Position numbers and translations under genes: made by a program. Positions 1 through 10,708 of a DNA stretch of 30,951 nucleotides are shown here, in pieces. The notes beneath the pieces were generated by a model that had not been told where the DNA came from, ran no database searches, and saw only the letters and a list, made by a program, of their open reading frames with translations. The DNA is from Octopus sinensis (lineage: Eukaryota). Within the stretch, counting starts at the first letter, position 1, and every line of letters begins with the position of its first letter. The stretch spans positions 1 through 30,951 of the forward strand of contig NW_021832526.1 of NCBI RefSeq assembly GCF_006345805.1, given 5' to 3'.

Positions 1-99
1 GACACTGTAGTAACATCTACAGCGTTAGAAGCTGTGCAAAGGCAATGTAATAATTTTTTTTTTCGCAAAAATGAGAACGCATAGAAGGAAAATAAAATG

Positions 100-216
100 T
101 ACGGTGGCTATGGATGAGGATGAATCACCTGAAGATACAGACAGAAGCACTCATATGGCCAGTTCAAGAACAAGCGTTAAGGACCAACTATATAAGTTGC
201 AGAATAGACAACACTA
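100..216 (+). mobile_element. Non-LTR retrotransposon fragment (RLE clade, R2/R4/NeSL-like), region upstream of the zinc knuckle; degenerate
   Basis: Translates to ...WMRMNHLKIQTEALIWPVQEQALRTNYISCRIDNT, matching the 'LK.ETE.LI.A.QEQALRTN' motif that precedes the CCHC knuckle in RLE-type elements. It continues at 602 after the SINE. Confidence 0.75.
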
Positions 217-601
217 AAGAAGCACTCCGTCGGTTACGACGATGAGGGTTCCGGTTGATCCGAATCAACGGAACAGCCTGCTCGTGAAATTAACGTGTAA
301 GTGGCTGAGCACTCCACAGACACGTGTACCCTTAACGTAGTTCTCGGGGATATTCAGCGTGACACAGAGAGTGACAAGGCCGGCCCTTTGAAATACAGGT
401 ACAACAGAACAAGAAGTAAGAGTGAGAGAAAGTTGTGGTGAAAGGAGTACAGCAGGGATCACCACCATTCCTGCCGGAGCCTCGTGGAGCTTTTAGGTGT
501 TTTCGCTCAATAAACACTCACAACGCCCGGTCTGGGAATCGAAACCGCGATCCTATGACCGCGAGTCCGCTGCCCTAACCATTGGGCCATTGCGCCTCCA
601 C
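217..601 (-). mobile_element. tRNA-headed SINE, full length, inserted into the LINE
   Basis: Minus-strand head GTGGAGGCGCAATGGCCCAATGGTTAGGG...GGTTTCGATTCC has A-box and B-box motifs. It is flanked by the exact 11-bp direct repeat AGACAACACTA (206-216 and 602-612). Confidence 0.9.
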
Positions 602-1109
602 AGACAACACTACCGATAGCGACAAAGGTAGAATGTGTGGTGAGTGCGGTGAAACCTATTGCACATCGTTAGCGAATGCCTGAAATTGGCACATCGCGAA
701 TACAAAAGATGCCAAAACGATGTGGCAAGAACGATCTATTGGGTATTCTGTGAAAATCACGGCCTACAAAGAGCAAAGACGTAGAATGAGAAAATTCCAG
801 AAGTCAACGAAGATGAGAATTGAGGATAATGATAATGGTAATGATGTCGCATGCTTCTTTGATCCACGAACAGACAAGAAGGAAGGCGAAACAATAGAAA
901 AATACAAACCTCTAAAGTATGAAATAGCCCGGCTATGGAAAATAAAAGAGGAGAAGATGGTACCAATTATTGTTGGGTCCTTGGGAACTGTATCAGAAGG
1001 CATCAAGAGGAATATTAGGTAAACTGGAATAGAGTGCACAGTAGAAATTTTAGAAAAGTTTTGCCTCCTTGGCACGGCCAGAATAATCACGAAAGTATTA
1101 AATGGATAA
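602..1109 (+). mobile_element. RLE-type non-LTR retrotransposon 3' fragment (CCHC knuckle plus restriction-like endonuclease), pseudogenised
   Basis: Across frameshifts and stops it reads RMCGECGET/LHIVSECLKLAHREYKRCQNDVAR, then DVACFFD...EKYKPLKYEIARLWK...VPIIVGSLGTV...LLGTARIITKVL. These are the recognisable C-terminal motifs of RLE elements. Includes track ORF 720..1022. Confidence 0.9.
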
Positions 1110-1152
1110 AAGAACGGATAGCATTGTACATTTTATATTTAAGTTATATATA

Positions 1153-1544
1153 ACTAGCAGTATCGGCCGGCGTTGCTCGGGTTTGTAAGGGAAATAACTA
1201 TATAAGCATTTTTAGAGATGTAAAGTATAATAACCATCTCAATATGGCTAACCACAAGGGGGGGGTGTTACTGTAGCTTTTTACGTTCTGAGATTTAATA
1301 AATCTTTAGAGAGTTACTTCCCTTATATATGCCAAAAATGCATTAAAAATGGGAAAAATTGATGGTAATTTTTTTTTTTAATCGTAGACTCATCGTAGAC
1401 GGGCGCTAATACCCAGAAGGGCTCGATATGAATCACGACTATAAGATACCCGGTTTTGGTTAAACTGCACCACAAAATGTGGGAGTAGTTAGGAATCTAA
1501 ATCGTAGGAGACAGACACACAACTTGACTTTTATATATAAAGAT
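1153..1544 (+). mobile_element. Non-autonomous Helitron/Helentron-like (HINE/DINE-like) element, family A copy 1
   Basis: Begins ACTAGCAGTATCGGCCGGCGTTGCTCGGG (terminal hairpin) and ends TTTTATATATAAAGAT. Highly similar to 1852-2207 and 30689-30951. Superfamily is assigned from the terminal pattern only. Confidence 0.65.
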
Positions 1545-1689
1545 AATAATAGGGCAAATGATGTACCAGCATTGCTGTGAGAATCAGTGTCGAAAAATCC
1601 TCTAAAACAAACTGCCAATCACTGAAAATGTAACAAGCTCAACAGAAATCGGGCTACGAACAACAACGTAGAATGAGTAAATAGACATC

Positions 1690-1747
1690 CCTGGATCAAT
1701 TGATTTCGAATTTTGAGAGCTTATCGCTCTTAATTCTCATCAGCAGG
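1690..1747 (-). ncRNA. Type I hammerhead ribozyme, canonical core
   Basis: Minus strand: CCUG-CUGAUGA-GAAU[UA AGAGC GAUAA GCUCU CAAA]AUUC-GAAA-UCAAUUGA-UC-CAGG. Helix I is CCUG/CAGG, helix II is GAAU/AUUC, helix III is the palindrome AUCAAUUGAU, and the predicted cleavage is after AUC (between 1694 and 1693). Confidence 0.8.
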
Positions 1748-1851
1748 TCTCACTATATACCTAAGGGATAAAAACTTTACCCGTTTCGCTGTGCTTGATA
1801 AACGTTGAAAAGCTAGAAGCGAATTCAAAAATGGTGTCAGCGTATAAAATA

Positions 1852-2207
1852 AGTATCGCCCGGCGTTGCTCGGGTTTGTAAGGGAAATAACTATAAAGCA
1901 TTTTTAGAAAGGTATAGGAAAAAATAGCAAAAAAAGCATTAAAAATGGAAAAAATATGATGGTTAATTTTTAGAGAGTTACTTCCCTTTAAAAAAATATG
2001 CATGAAAATGGAAACAAATGATGGTAAATTATTTTTAAAATCGTAGACTCATCGTAGACGCACGCTAATACCAAGAAGGGCTCGATATGAATCACGACTA
2101 TAAGATACCTGGTTTTGGTTAAAGTGCACCGCAAAATGTGGGAGTAGTTAGGAATCTAAATCGAAGGGGACAGACACTCACACAACTACAGTTTTATATA
2201 TATAGAT
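1852..2207 (+). mobile_element. HINE-like element family A copy 2
   Basis: Near-identical terminal segments to 1153-1544; ends GTTTTATATATATAGAT. Confidence 0.65.
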
Positions 2208-2579
2208 TATTACCTCCACCTTTGCCAAGGTAAAGGTATTTTTTCAGTCGTGTTTATTTGTTTGTTTATCCGTGGACAAGATATCTCAAGAACCGCTGGA
2301 TGGATTCAGATGAAACTGTCAGGGATGTTTGGCCTTATAACTGGCATGAAGGGATTAGATTTTGGGGTCGATCCGGTAGCAGAAAAGGATCCTGGAGTTA
2401 TTTTTTTTGTTTTTTTGACTTAACTTTTGAGAGGAGTTGGGTTTATTTTCAGTATTCTCGTTTGTGAGAGCTGTTAACTTATTCCACAAATTCTCATTTA
2501 AAAAATCATCTCTAACTAATCGTTGAGACGACATCGGTGTTGCCTTGGCAGAGGTTTGCGCTATCTAAGTGCTCTTGTT
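2208..2579. mobile_element. Second Helentron/HINE-like element (family B)
   Basis: Subterminal inverted repeat: ATTACCTCCACCTTTGCCAAGG at the left end and CCTTGGCAGAGGT...GTGCTCTTGTT at the right, plus a short TTTG repeat near the left end. This is the typical HINE layout. Confidence 0.55.
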
Positions 2580-2764
2580 ATTAATTATTATCATTAGTAA
2601 AATGAATAATAACAACAACAAGACAACAACAATATGAATGGCCTTGTCATTTATTGGACTTTTGCTTGCTGGCCACTTATATACTTGTTGTTAGTATTGA
2701 TAACAACAATGATAATAATCAATAATAATAACTATATAATTTTCGAATATTATTTATTTATGCC

Positions 2765-2765
2765 T

Positions 2766-2837
<72 letters not shown>

Positions 2838-3160
2838 ATGAGACAAAGCGAGAGAGGGGGGAAGTGAGAGAGGGAGACAAAAGGAGAAAGATAGAGGAAG
2901 AAGAATAAGTGTTAGTGGAAATGTTGATACAATTAAAGGAGATTGAGTGAGAGAGAAAGAAAGAAAGAAGAAAGAGAGAGAGAGAATGCAATAATGTATA
3001 TGTTTATTAATGTAAACTACAAACACTCAATTCATTATGAATGATTAGATATATATGCAGTACATATATCCATATATATGTATATATATTATATATATAT
3101 ATATATATGTATGTGTATATAAATAATATATATATATATATATATATATAGATTATATAT

Positions 3161-3193
<33 letters not shown>

Positions 3194-3300
3194 GTATGTA
3201 TATGTATTATATGTATATATATATATGATGAATATGTAATATATGTATATAGACAGATGATAGATATCCATGCATATATACATATCTACATACATATATG
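2765..3300. repeat. (TA)n microsatellites flanking a GA-rich tract
   Basis: Direct reading: (TA)n at about 2765-2837 and 3050-3300. Confidence 0.95.
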
Positions 3301-3443
3301 CATATGAGATAAAGAAAACTTAATTATGATAGTACATCATATATCATATTGACCTGTGTGGAAGTGATGTTGATAAATGTATATCGGTATATTTTGTAGC
3401 GTATACAATAGTAGTAATAACCAATATCAAAAAGAAGAAAAAG

Positions 3444-3448
3444 ATGAC

Positions 3449-3482
<34 letters not shown>

Positions 3483-3522
3483 CTGATGATGATGATGATG
3501 ATGATGATGGTGGTGGTGTTGG

Positions 3523-3558
<36 letters not shown>

Positions 3559-3666
3559 CAATGATGATGATAATGATGACGGTAATGGTGATGATGACGG
3601 TGATGATGATGATGATGGTGATGGTGATGGTGGTGATGGTGATGGTTATGTTGATGATGATGATGG

Positions 3667-3697
<31 letters not shown>

Positions 3698-3706
3698 GAT
3701 GATGAT
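3444..3706. repeat. (GAT)n/(GGT)n microsatellite
   Basis: Direct reading; explains the poly-Asp and poly-Met ORFs. Confidence 0.95.
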
Positions 3707-3829
3707 TCTGGTACTAGTTATTTCATTTGTATTATTTGTTGCTGAAGCATTTTCACTCTACTATATCGAAGTCATTTTTTTTCTTTTGTTATTTTCCGCA
3801 TTCTCTGGCAATATATATTCCCACGCACG

Positions 3830-3838
3830 TGCGTATGT

Positions 3839-3879
<41 letters not shown>

Positions 3880-4620
3880 TGTTCTTGTGTTTGTGTGTGT
3901 GTACGCGTGCCAGTGTATGTTTGTGTGTGGGTGTGAGTGTGTGTTGGTTTTATTTTGATTTATTCTCTTATAATTAATCGACTCTATTGATTATCATATT
4001 CAGCAATAGCCAAGTGTAGAAATAGGGCGGCATTGGTTTGGCAGAGGTGTGGTGATGGTGGTGGTTGTGGTGGTGGTGGTGGTGGTGGTGGTTGGTGGTG
4101 GTGGTGGTGGTGGTGGTGGAGGTAGTGGTGGTGGCAGCGGTGTTGGGCTGGGGCTGGAGATGAAAAGGATGGTAGTACTGGAGATAAGATTGATGGCGGT
4201 GGTGCCGTAGAGAGGTCTCGTATTGGTGACGGAGATGTAGAGGTGCGTGGTGATTGTAGTTGTAGTGGTGCTGGTGGATGTGGTGGTCGTGGTCTCACTG
4301 GTACTCCTCCTGGTCGTGATCATGTCGATGGGGATGGTCATCGCCATCATCATCGTAGTGTCATCACAGTAGTGTTGTTGCTTGTGGTGTTCTTGTTGGT
4401 TATGACAGCGATTTGTTTGTAGTGGCTGTGGTGTTTTGGACGTAGGTGCTGACACAGGTGGAGGTGACGGTGGCGGTTGCACAGGTGGTGGTTCTGGGGC
4501 TGGTTTTTGTGTTGGTGGTGGCGGCGATAGAGAGATTTGTTTAATGATGACGACGGACGATGATGTTGGTAATGATAGCGATGACTCCATTATGACGACG
4601 TGTTTTATCATGATCTTCAT
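3830..4620. repeat. (GT)n followed by (GGT)n and degenerate GGT/GAT low-complexity sequence
   Basis: Direct reading. Confidence 0.85.
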
Positions 4621-5099
4621 GATATTTTTATTAGTATTAAAGATATTGAATCATTAGCGCGTCGAACAAAATGCCTCATACTATATGTTCCGGTTCCTTA
4701 CACACTGAGTTCGAATCGCACCACGGTCAGTTTCATCTTTCACCCACCGTAATCGGTAAAGTAAAGTGCCACTGAGGTCCCTTTTGTATGAAACTTAGAC
4801 AAAATTGATACAACACAGCATCAGTCAGTTACTTGTTCAACGGTATCGAATAGACTCCTCCCCATAAAAATTGCATTTCTTGTGCCTAAATAAGTAACAA
4901 GAATTATTAAAAATTCACTCAGATTCTTTGCTGACACGTCTTTTATTTTATTCAAAATTTTGACTAATTTCCGAACTTAGGTCATTTAAAATTTATGAAA
5001 ATATTTTCAGGAAATAACCAATTTAGCACAGATCAAGTCATCTTGAATGCGCCACATATTTTTATGGCAGCTCCAAAATACCTCTTAATTCTTTTTCAG

Positions 5100-5228
5100 A
5101 TTTCCGAAACTGGCTGGGTATAGATAACAATATATCTCTCTTCCCTTTTCTGTCTTTCAATGTACAACCACATGCCAACTTTAATGACATCAAGAACAGC
5201 ACATCCTCCATCGATGCGATCAACGTAG
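5100..5228 (+). CDS. Candidate internal exon of an unidentified gene (phase 1-1, 129 nt)
   Basis: Strong acceptor CTCTTAATTCTTTTTCAG and donor TAG|GTAGTT. Open frame (D)FRNWLGIDNNISLFPFLSFNVQPHANFNDIKNSTSSIDAINV with two N-glycosylation sequons (NIS, NST). No family recognised. Confidence 0.3.
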
Positions 5229-5386
5229 GTAGTTACAGAACTATTGATTATAGTCCGTCTTGGGTATTCTAATAATGTCCGAGAAAGTATCAACACGAAC
5301 CACACACACAAAACATTACAACAGCAATGCTACGGAGACCACCATTATCATAAATAACTACCAAAACAATATCTGAATATCTAACG

Positions 5387-5587
5387 CAGTGGTTTTCAAC
5401 CAGGGTTCCGCCAGTACACTCCGGGGATTCCGCAAGAAGTTACAAAATTGCTAAAATCGGCAGTAATTTTTAATTCTCCTGTGCAGATATGTGTGCATAA
5501 GACTATTAAATTATTGCACAGGGGTTCCCCGAGCCAGTAGAATGTTTCCTTGGGGTTCCGCTCCAGCAAAAAGATTGAAAAGCACTG
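5387..5587. mobile_element. hAT (Charlie-like) MITE
   Basis: TIRs CAGTGGTTTTCAA / TTGAAAAGCACTG (1 mismatch in 13). The 8-bp flanks are ATCTAACG / ATCTAAAA (6/8), resembling the NTCTAGAN hAT target. Confidence 0.7.
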
Positions 5588-6025
5588 ATCTAAAATAACA
5601 AAACAATTGAACAACGGAAAACAAAAACAGCAGCAACGGACAAACGGAAGAGTAATGCCAACCAAACCAAAAGGTGAATCGACTACAAGGACAACTACAC
5701 CAAAACCCAAAAATAATATCAATTCCGTCACCAGCAATGCATAAATGACAAAACCGTTGGGTTCAGTTAAAAGAAGTAACGACAACAATGATTTTAGGTA
5801 GAAACATAGGCACTGTTTAGGCGGATATCTGCCGGTTGAAAGGCCTCAAGAAAGAAGAGGAATGATTGAGAAGGGTAGAAAGTGCATATATATGTATTAA
5901 CTGGAGAAGTAGATAAGATGGCAACTCTTATGGAAAATGCAAGAGGAATAGGCGGCGTACTTTCGTATGGCATGTGAAATGGGGGAAACCAATGTCCGAC
6001 AGCGGTTGCACACAGATTCAATAAA

Positions 6026-6706
6026 GAGGGTGGAAGAGGAGGAGAAGGAGAAGGAGGAGAATAAGAAGAAGAAGGAGGAGGAGAAGGAGGAGGAGAAGGA
6101 GGAGGGGAGGAGGAGAAGGAAGAGAAGGAGGAGGAGGAAGAAGAAGATGAAGAAAAGGAAGAAGAAGATAAGAAGAAAAGAAGAAAAAAAGAAGAAAAGA
6201 AGAAGAAAAGTAGAGGAAGAAGAAGAAAGAAGAAGAAGAAGAAGCAGAAGGAAGAAGGAAGAAGAAGAAGAAGAAGAAAAAGAAGCAGAAGGAAGAAGGA
6301 AGAAGGAAGAAGAAGAAGAAGAAGAAGAAGCCGAAAGAAGAAGGAAGAAGAAGAAGAAGAAGAAGAGGAAAGAAGATAAGAAGATAAGAAGAAAAAAAAA
6401 GAAGAAAAAAGAAAAAGAAATAATAATAATAATAATATATAATAATAATAATAATAATAAAATAATAATAATATAATAATAATAATAATAATAAGAAGAA
6501 GAAGAAAAGAAGAAGAACAAGAAGAAGAAGAAGAAGAAGAAGAGAAGAAGAAGAAAAAAGAAAAGCAGAGAAGAAGGAAGAAGAGAAGAAGAAGAAGAAG
6601 AAGAAGAAGAAGCCGAAAGAAGAAGGAGAGGAAGAAGAAGAAGAAGAAGAAGAAAGAAGAAAAAGAAGAGAAGAAGAAGAAAAAGAGAAGAAAAAAGAAA
6701 AAGAAA

Positions 6707-6740
<34 letters not shown>

Positions 6741-6889
6741 TAATAAGAAGAAGAAAAGAAGAAGAAGAAGAAGAAGAAGAAGAAGAAGAAGAAGAAGAAC
6801 AAGAACAAGAACAAGAAGAACAAGAAGAAGAAGAAGAAGAACAAGAAGAACAAGAAGAAGAAGAAGAAGAACAACAACAACAACAACAA
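6026..6889. repeat. Compound (GAA)n/(AAT)n/(AAC)n purine-rich microsatellite
   Basis: Direct reading; source of ORFs 5897..6889, 5967..6476 and 6018..7052. Confidence 0.95.
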
Positions 6890-7659
6890 CGAGTAGAAAT
6901 GTAAACCGCAATTTTCGCAGATTTACTCCAGAATTGAGCCTCGCGTTTATTGAAGACATCATTACTGTATGGGATATATAACTTCTATAAAAAGGATGAT
7001 GGTGATATCGGCTGCATAGGTATGAGGATGATGATGAGGAGGAGGAGGACAAGGATGGTGATGATGATGATGATGAAGAGGAGGAGGAGGAGGAGAGGAT
7101 GGTGATACTGGTGATGCCTACGACAGAGATAAAGACGACGGTGACGACGATGCTAATGGTAAAGATGAAGAAAATGCTGTGTCACAGTTGGTAACGATGC
7201 CAAAGCTAAGCTAATGGTGTTGGTAATGACGATCATCGTTGATTGTGTTGAACACATCTATGACCGTATGGCGAGAGTGATTGTTATGAAGACATATTAA
7301 CCGAATAAAGCGGACTTCTCAACAATGAGTTTATGACGATAGGGATGATGAAGATGGTAATGATGAAGACGACGACGACCACGATGACGATGACGATGAT
7401 GATGATGATGACGATGACGATGGTGGTGAGGATGAAGAGCAAGCTGCAACGAACGCATGTAACATAAACAATTCCCATGAAATAAACCTGTTGCATAGTA
7501 ACCAGTAAAGTTATTTTAGATGAATAAGGAATAATAAGGATCATATTAAAGATATATCACACTAAGCAGTGTCTCATATAGACTACTTGTATGCGCGCGC
7601 ACGTGTGTGTGTGTGTAGCCATCGCCATAATTGACAGCTAGCCACTAAAGTTCTTTTTA

Positions 7660-7812
7660 TTCTCTCTCTCTTTTTATTTTCTTATATTCCTTTCTGTTGA
7701 AGAGCGTAGGCTCGAAAGGTAAAATACTTTCTCACCTTCCTTAATACACCTGTTTGTAGTTTACACACCTGTCTTCGTCTTTTAATATTTATTTTTTGTA
7801 AATTTCCACTAT
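7660..7812 (+). mobile_element. Penelope-like terminal-repeat remnant with degenerate minimal hammerhead (family C copy 1)
   Basis: CCTTT-CTGTTGA-A-GAGC GTAG GCTC-GAAA-GGT-AAAA at 7689-7724. Homologous to 10040-10220 and followed by (TA)n. Confidence 0.55.
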
Positions 7813-7816
7813 ATGT

Positions 7817-7915
<99 letters not shown>

Positions 7916-7995
7916 CTATACGTATGTAGTATATATATATATTTGCATATATATATGTATGCAGGTATATATTCATATATGCATTTACATATATA
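7813..7995. repeat. (TA)n microsatellite
   Basis: Direct reading. Confidence 0.95.
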
Positions 7996-8794
7996 GTAAT
8001 AATAATAATCCATGAATGGAATTTATAAATATTTTAATGCATCGCTACGCGCGTTTCTACAATTTACGAGTTTCTTAAAACCATAGTCCATATTCGTGGT
8101 ATGATTCCACTACAGTCCGTAGTATTCATGGACAACGGTTGGATAATATTAATGCCTTCGTTTCTTTGTGAGCTATGGCATTAATGTTGGAAGCAGTGGA
8201 TGCATAACTTAGGGTCCTTTATCAATTTTGACCTATGAAAATGTTGCTTGAGGTATGTGAGTAGCTATATATGTGTTTGGTGGGGAGATGTAGAAGGTGA
8301 TGGAAAGAGAGAACAGAATGGTAGTTATAAAGGAGAGGGAGGTGTGTGTATAGTGATGTTAGACTTATTTTGATATTTAAGTATGCGGATATCAGGATGG
8401 ATAATATAATTCGCAGGTTTGACCTTAGTCACAGCAGGTGTCCCCTGAATGAATTTCAATATAATAGGGTCAACAGATACATTTATTCCCTTGTTGAAGT
8501 CCATTGTCTGAGTCAACAAATGATATTCTCTTAAAATTTCTTTTTAATTACTTTTGGTGGTATAATGGTATAGTACATAGTATATGAAAATAATGGTAAT
8601 TTTTTTACTAAAGAAAATAAGTGTGCACGCATGAATATGATCAGATAAATATTTTCGCATGAATATGAATGCACCAGATGTACTACAGACTATACTGTAA
8701 TCATACCATCAATGCATACTATGATCTTAAGATATGTATTATTTTTAAACACACTCACTAATCCATCCATGAATGAGTACGATTATTGTTATTC

Positions 8795-9016
8795 AGGCGG
8801 TGAGCTGGCAGAATCGTTAGCACAACGGGTGAAATGCTTAGCGGTATTTCATCACTCTTTACGTTCTGAGTTCAAATTCCGCCGAAGTCGACTTTGCCTT
8901 CCATCTTCTCGAGGTTGATAAATTAAGTACCAGTTGCATATTGGGGTCGTTTAATCGACTGGCTCCCTCCCACCAAATTTCATATTTTATACTTGTAGTA
9001 GAAAAGATTATTATTA
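8795..9016 (+). mobile_element. tRNA-headed SINE family M (central domain resembles the MetaSINE domain), monomeric form with (ATT)n tail
   Basis: Head AGGCGGTGAGCTGGCAGAATCGTTAG, B-box GAGTTCAAATTCC, core GCCTTCCATC...GATAAATTAAGTACCAG. Confidence 0.8.
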
Positions 9017-9121
9017 TTAATAATATTAATACGCAAATTTGTCGTTTGTTCGTACCTGATGGGTGTGTCTCGCTTAAGAGAAAGAAATTTTGCTGCTTAG
9101 ATAAAAGTTTTTAACTAGATC

Positions 9122-9386
9122 TTGAACTCAGAACGTAAAGACAGACGAAATATCTATTTCTTTACTACCCACAAGGGGCTAAACACAGAGAAGACAAACA
9201 AGGACAGACACACGGATTAATTCGATTACATCGACCCCAGTGTCTAACTGGTACTTAATTTATGACCCCGAAAAGATGAAAGGCAAAGTCTACCTCGGTG
9301 GAATTTGAACTCAGAACATAACGACAGACGAAATACTGCTAAGCATTTCGCCCGGCGTGCTAACGTTTCTGCCAGCTCGCCGCCTT
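9122..9386 (-). mobile_element. SINE family M, multimer-type tail
   Basis: Reverse complement of the family M head and core, plus one 184-bp-type unit and the start of another. Confidence 0.85.
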
Positions 9387-9483
9387 AATTGTCACAATAT
9401 AGAAACATTTCTCATGGCACCAGCGCACAAAGTACAGATGCTTACATCTTATATATTTTCCGTGAATTCTTCTCGTCTCCAGC

Positions 9484-9502
9484 TAGTTATTATTATTATT
9501 AT

Positions 9503-9576
<74 letters not shown>

Positions 9577-9781
9577 AGTAGTAGTAGTAGTAGTAGTAGT
9601 ATCCTAAAGTGTATCGCCACTGCTCCGCTCGGTGCAACCCCCAAAAAAGCTTTTACTGACAGTTGGTATCAATAGGCTGTACCAGGTATAATAAAATGGG
9701 TGCTTTCATATGCATATTCAAAACATCGAACGCAAACGAGCTGAAAGGATACATACATACATACATACATACATACATACA

Positions 9782-9812
<31 letters not shown>
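9484..9812. repeat. (ATT)n(TAG)n and (TACA)n microsatellites
   Basis: Direct reading: about 9484-9600 and 9748-9812. Confidence 0.9.
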
Positions 9813-9815
<3 letters not shown>

Positions 9816-10039
9816 ATACAGTATATAATACTGACATATGCATACATATATATATGTATATGTTTAGACATATACATATAAATGTGCATATTTGGATTGG
9901 GTTGTCCATGTTCAATCCACTGCAGGATAAAAGCCTCACATGTCCGTTGTTTAGATCATACTGGTTTGATGAAACTTATCCGCCATTTTGGCTGGACATA
10001 CATGGGGTAGATAGATGTGTATATGTATATATATTTTTT

Positions 10040-10220
10040 CTCTCCTTTTTTTCTCCTTCTTTTCTCTCCGGGTTTCTCTCCTTGTTTTTTTTTTACAGTG
10101 TATCTTTCTGTAGAAGAGCGTAGGCTCGAAACATAAAAGGCTTTTTCTATTTCTGAGCGCTATACTAATACATCCGTTTGTTTGTACACCACCTACCTTC
10201 GTCTTTTGTTTATTTTCGTA
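10040..10220 (+). mobile_element. Penelope-like terminal-repeat remnant with degenerate minimal hammerhead (family C copy 2)
   Basis: CTTT-CTGTAGA-A-GAGC GTAG GCTC-GAAA-CAT-AAAAG at 10104-10139; homologous to 7660-7812. Confidence 0.55.
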
Positions 10221-10708
10221 GATGCAGAATCTACGCACGCACACACGCACACATACACACAAACATATATATACAATAGCGTACCCATCTCGACAAAAAT
10301 GCTGACAATTTTATTAATGATACAAAATGGCGCATCATCACAAAAGGAGAAACCATTGATATATGTCAATAATCTAGTAGATATATGTACATATATAGAA
10401 TTGATTCACTTAAAGAACGAGGGACGTTTATATAACGTCTCGGTTGAAAAATCAGCTACATGACAAATGTGGCCGACATTTCATATAGATACCACTGGTC
10501 AATATGTGTTAGTTCTCTGTGCACATGTCCTTGTCTTGCTTTCCATACATATGTATGTGTGTGTGTGTTTGTCAGTGTGTGTGTGTATACGAGTCTGTGT
10601 AGTGCGTGTGTGATGTGTGTGTATGTGCGTTTAGTTTTCTCAATACATGCTCCTCTAATGCGCCTAGATACATCATTAGCCTTGTTTACCGGAGATATTA
10701 GATGCTTA

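Noticed and set aside
3377-4657. Asp-rich, Pro/His-rich and Gly-rich ORFs resembling biomineral or structural proteins
   Set aside because: Both strands and several frames are open because of GAT/GGT repeats; no signal peptide or splice support.
5897-7052. ORFs of 169-344 aa rich in Lys/Glu/Arg or Phe/Leu/Ser
   Set aside because: Translations of GAA/AAT microsatellites.
5790-8534. Several short open segments with possible splice sites (about 5880-5975, 6932-6990, 8180-8255, 8371-8470)
   Set aside because: In-frame stops, weak splice sites or incompatible phases; no recognisable protein family.
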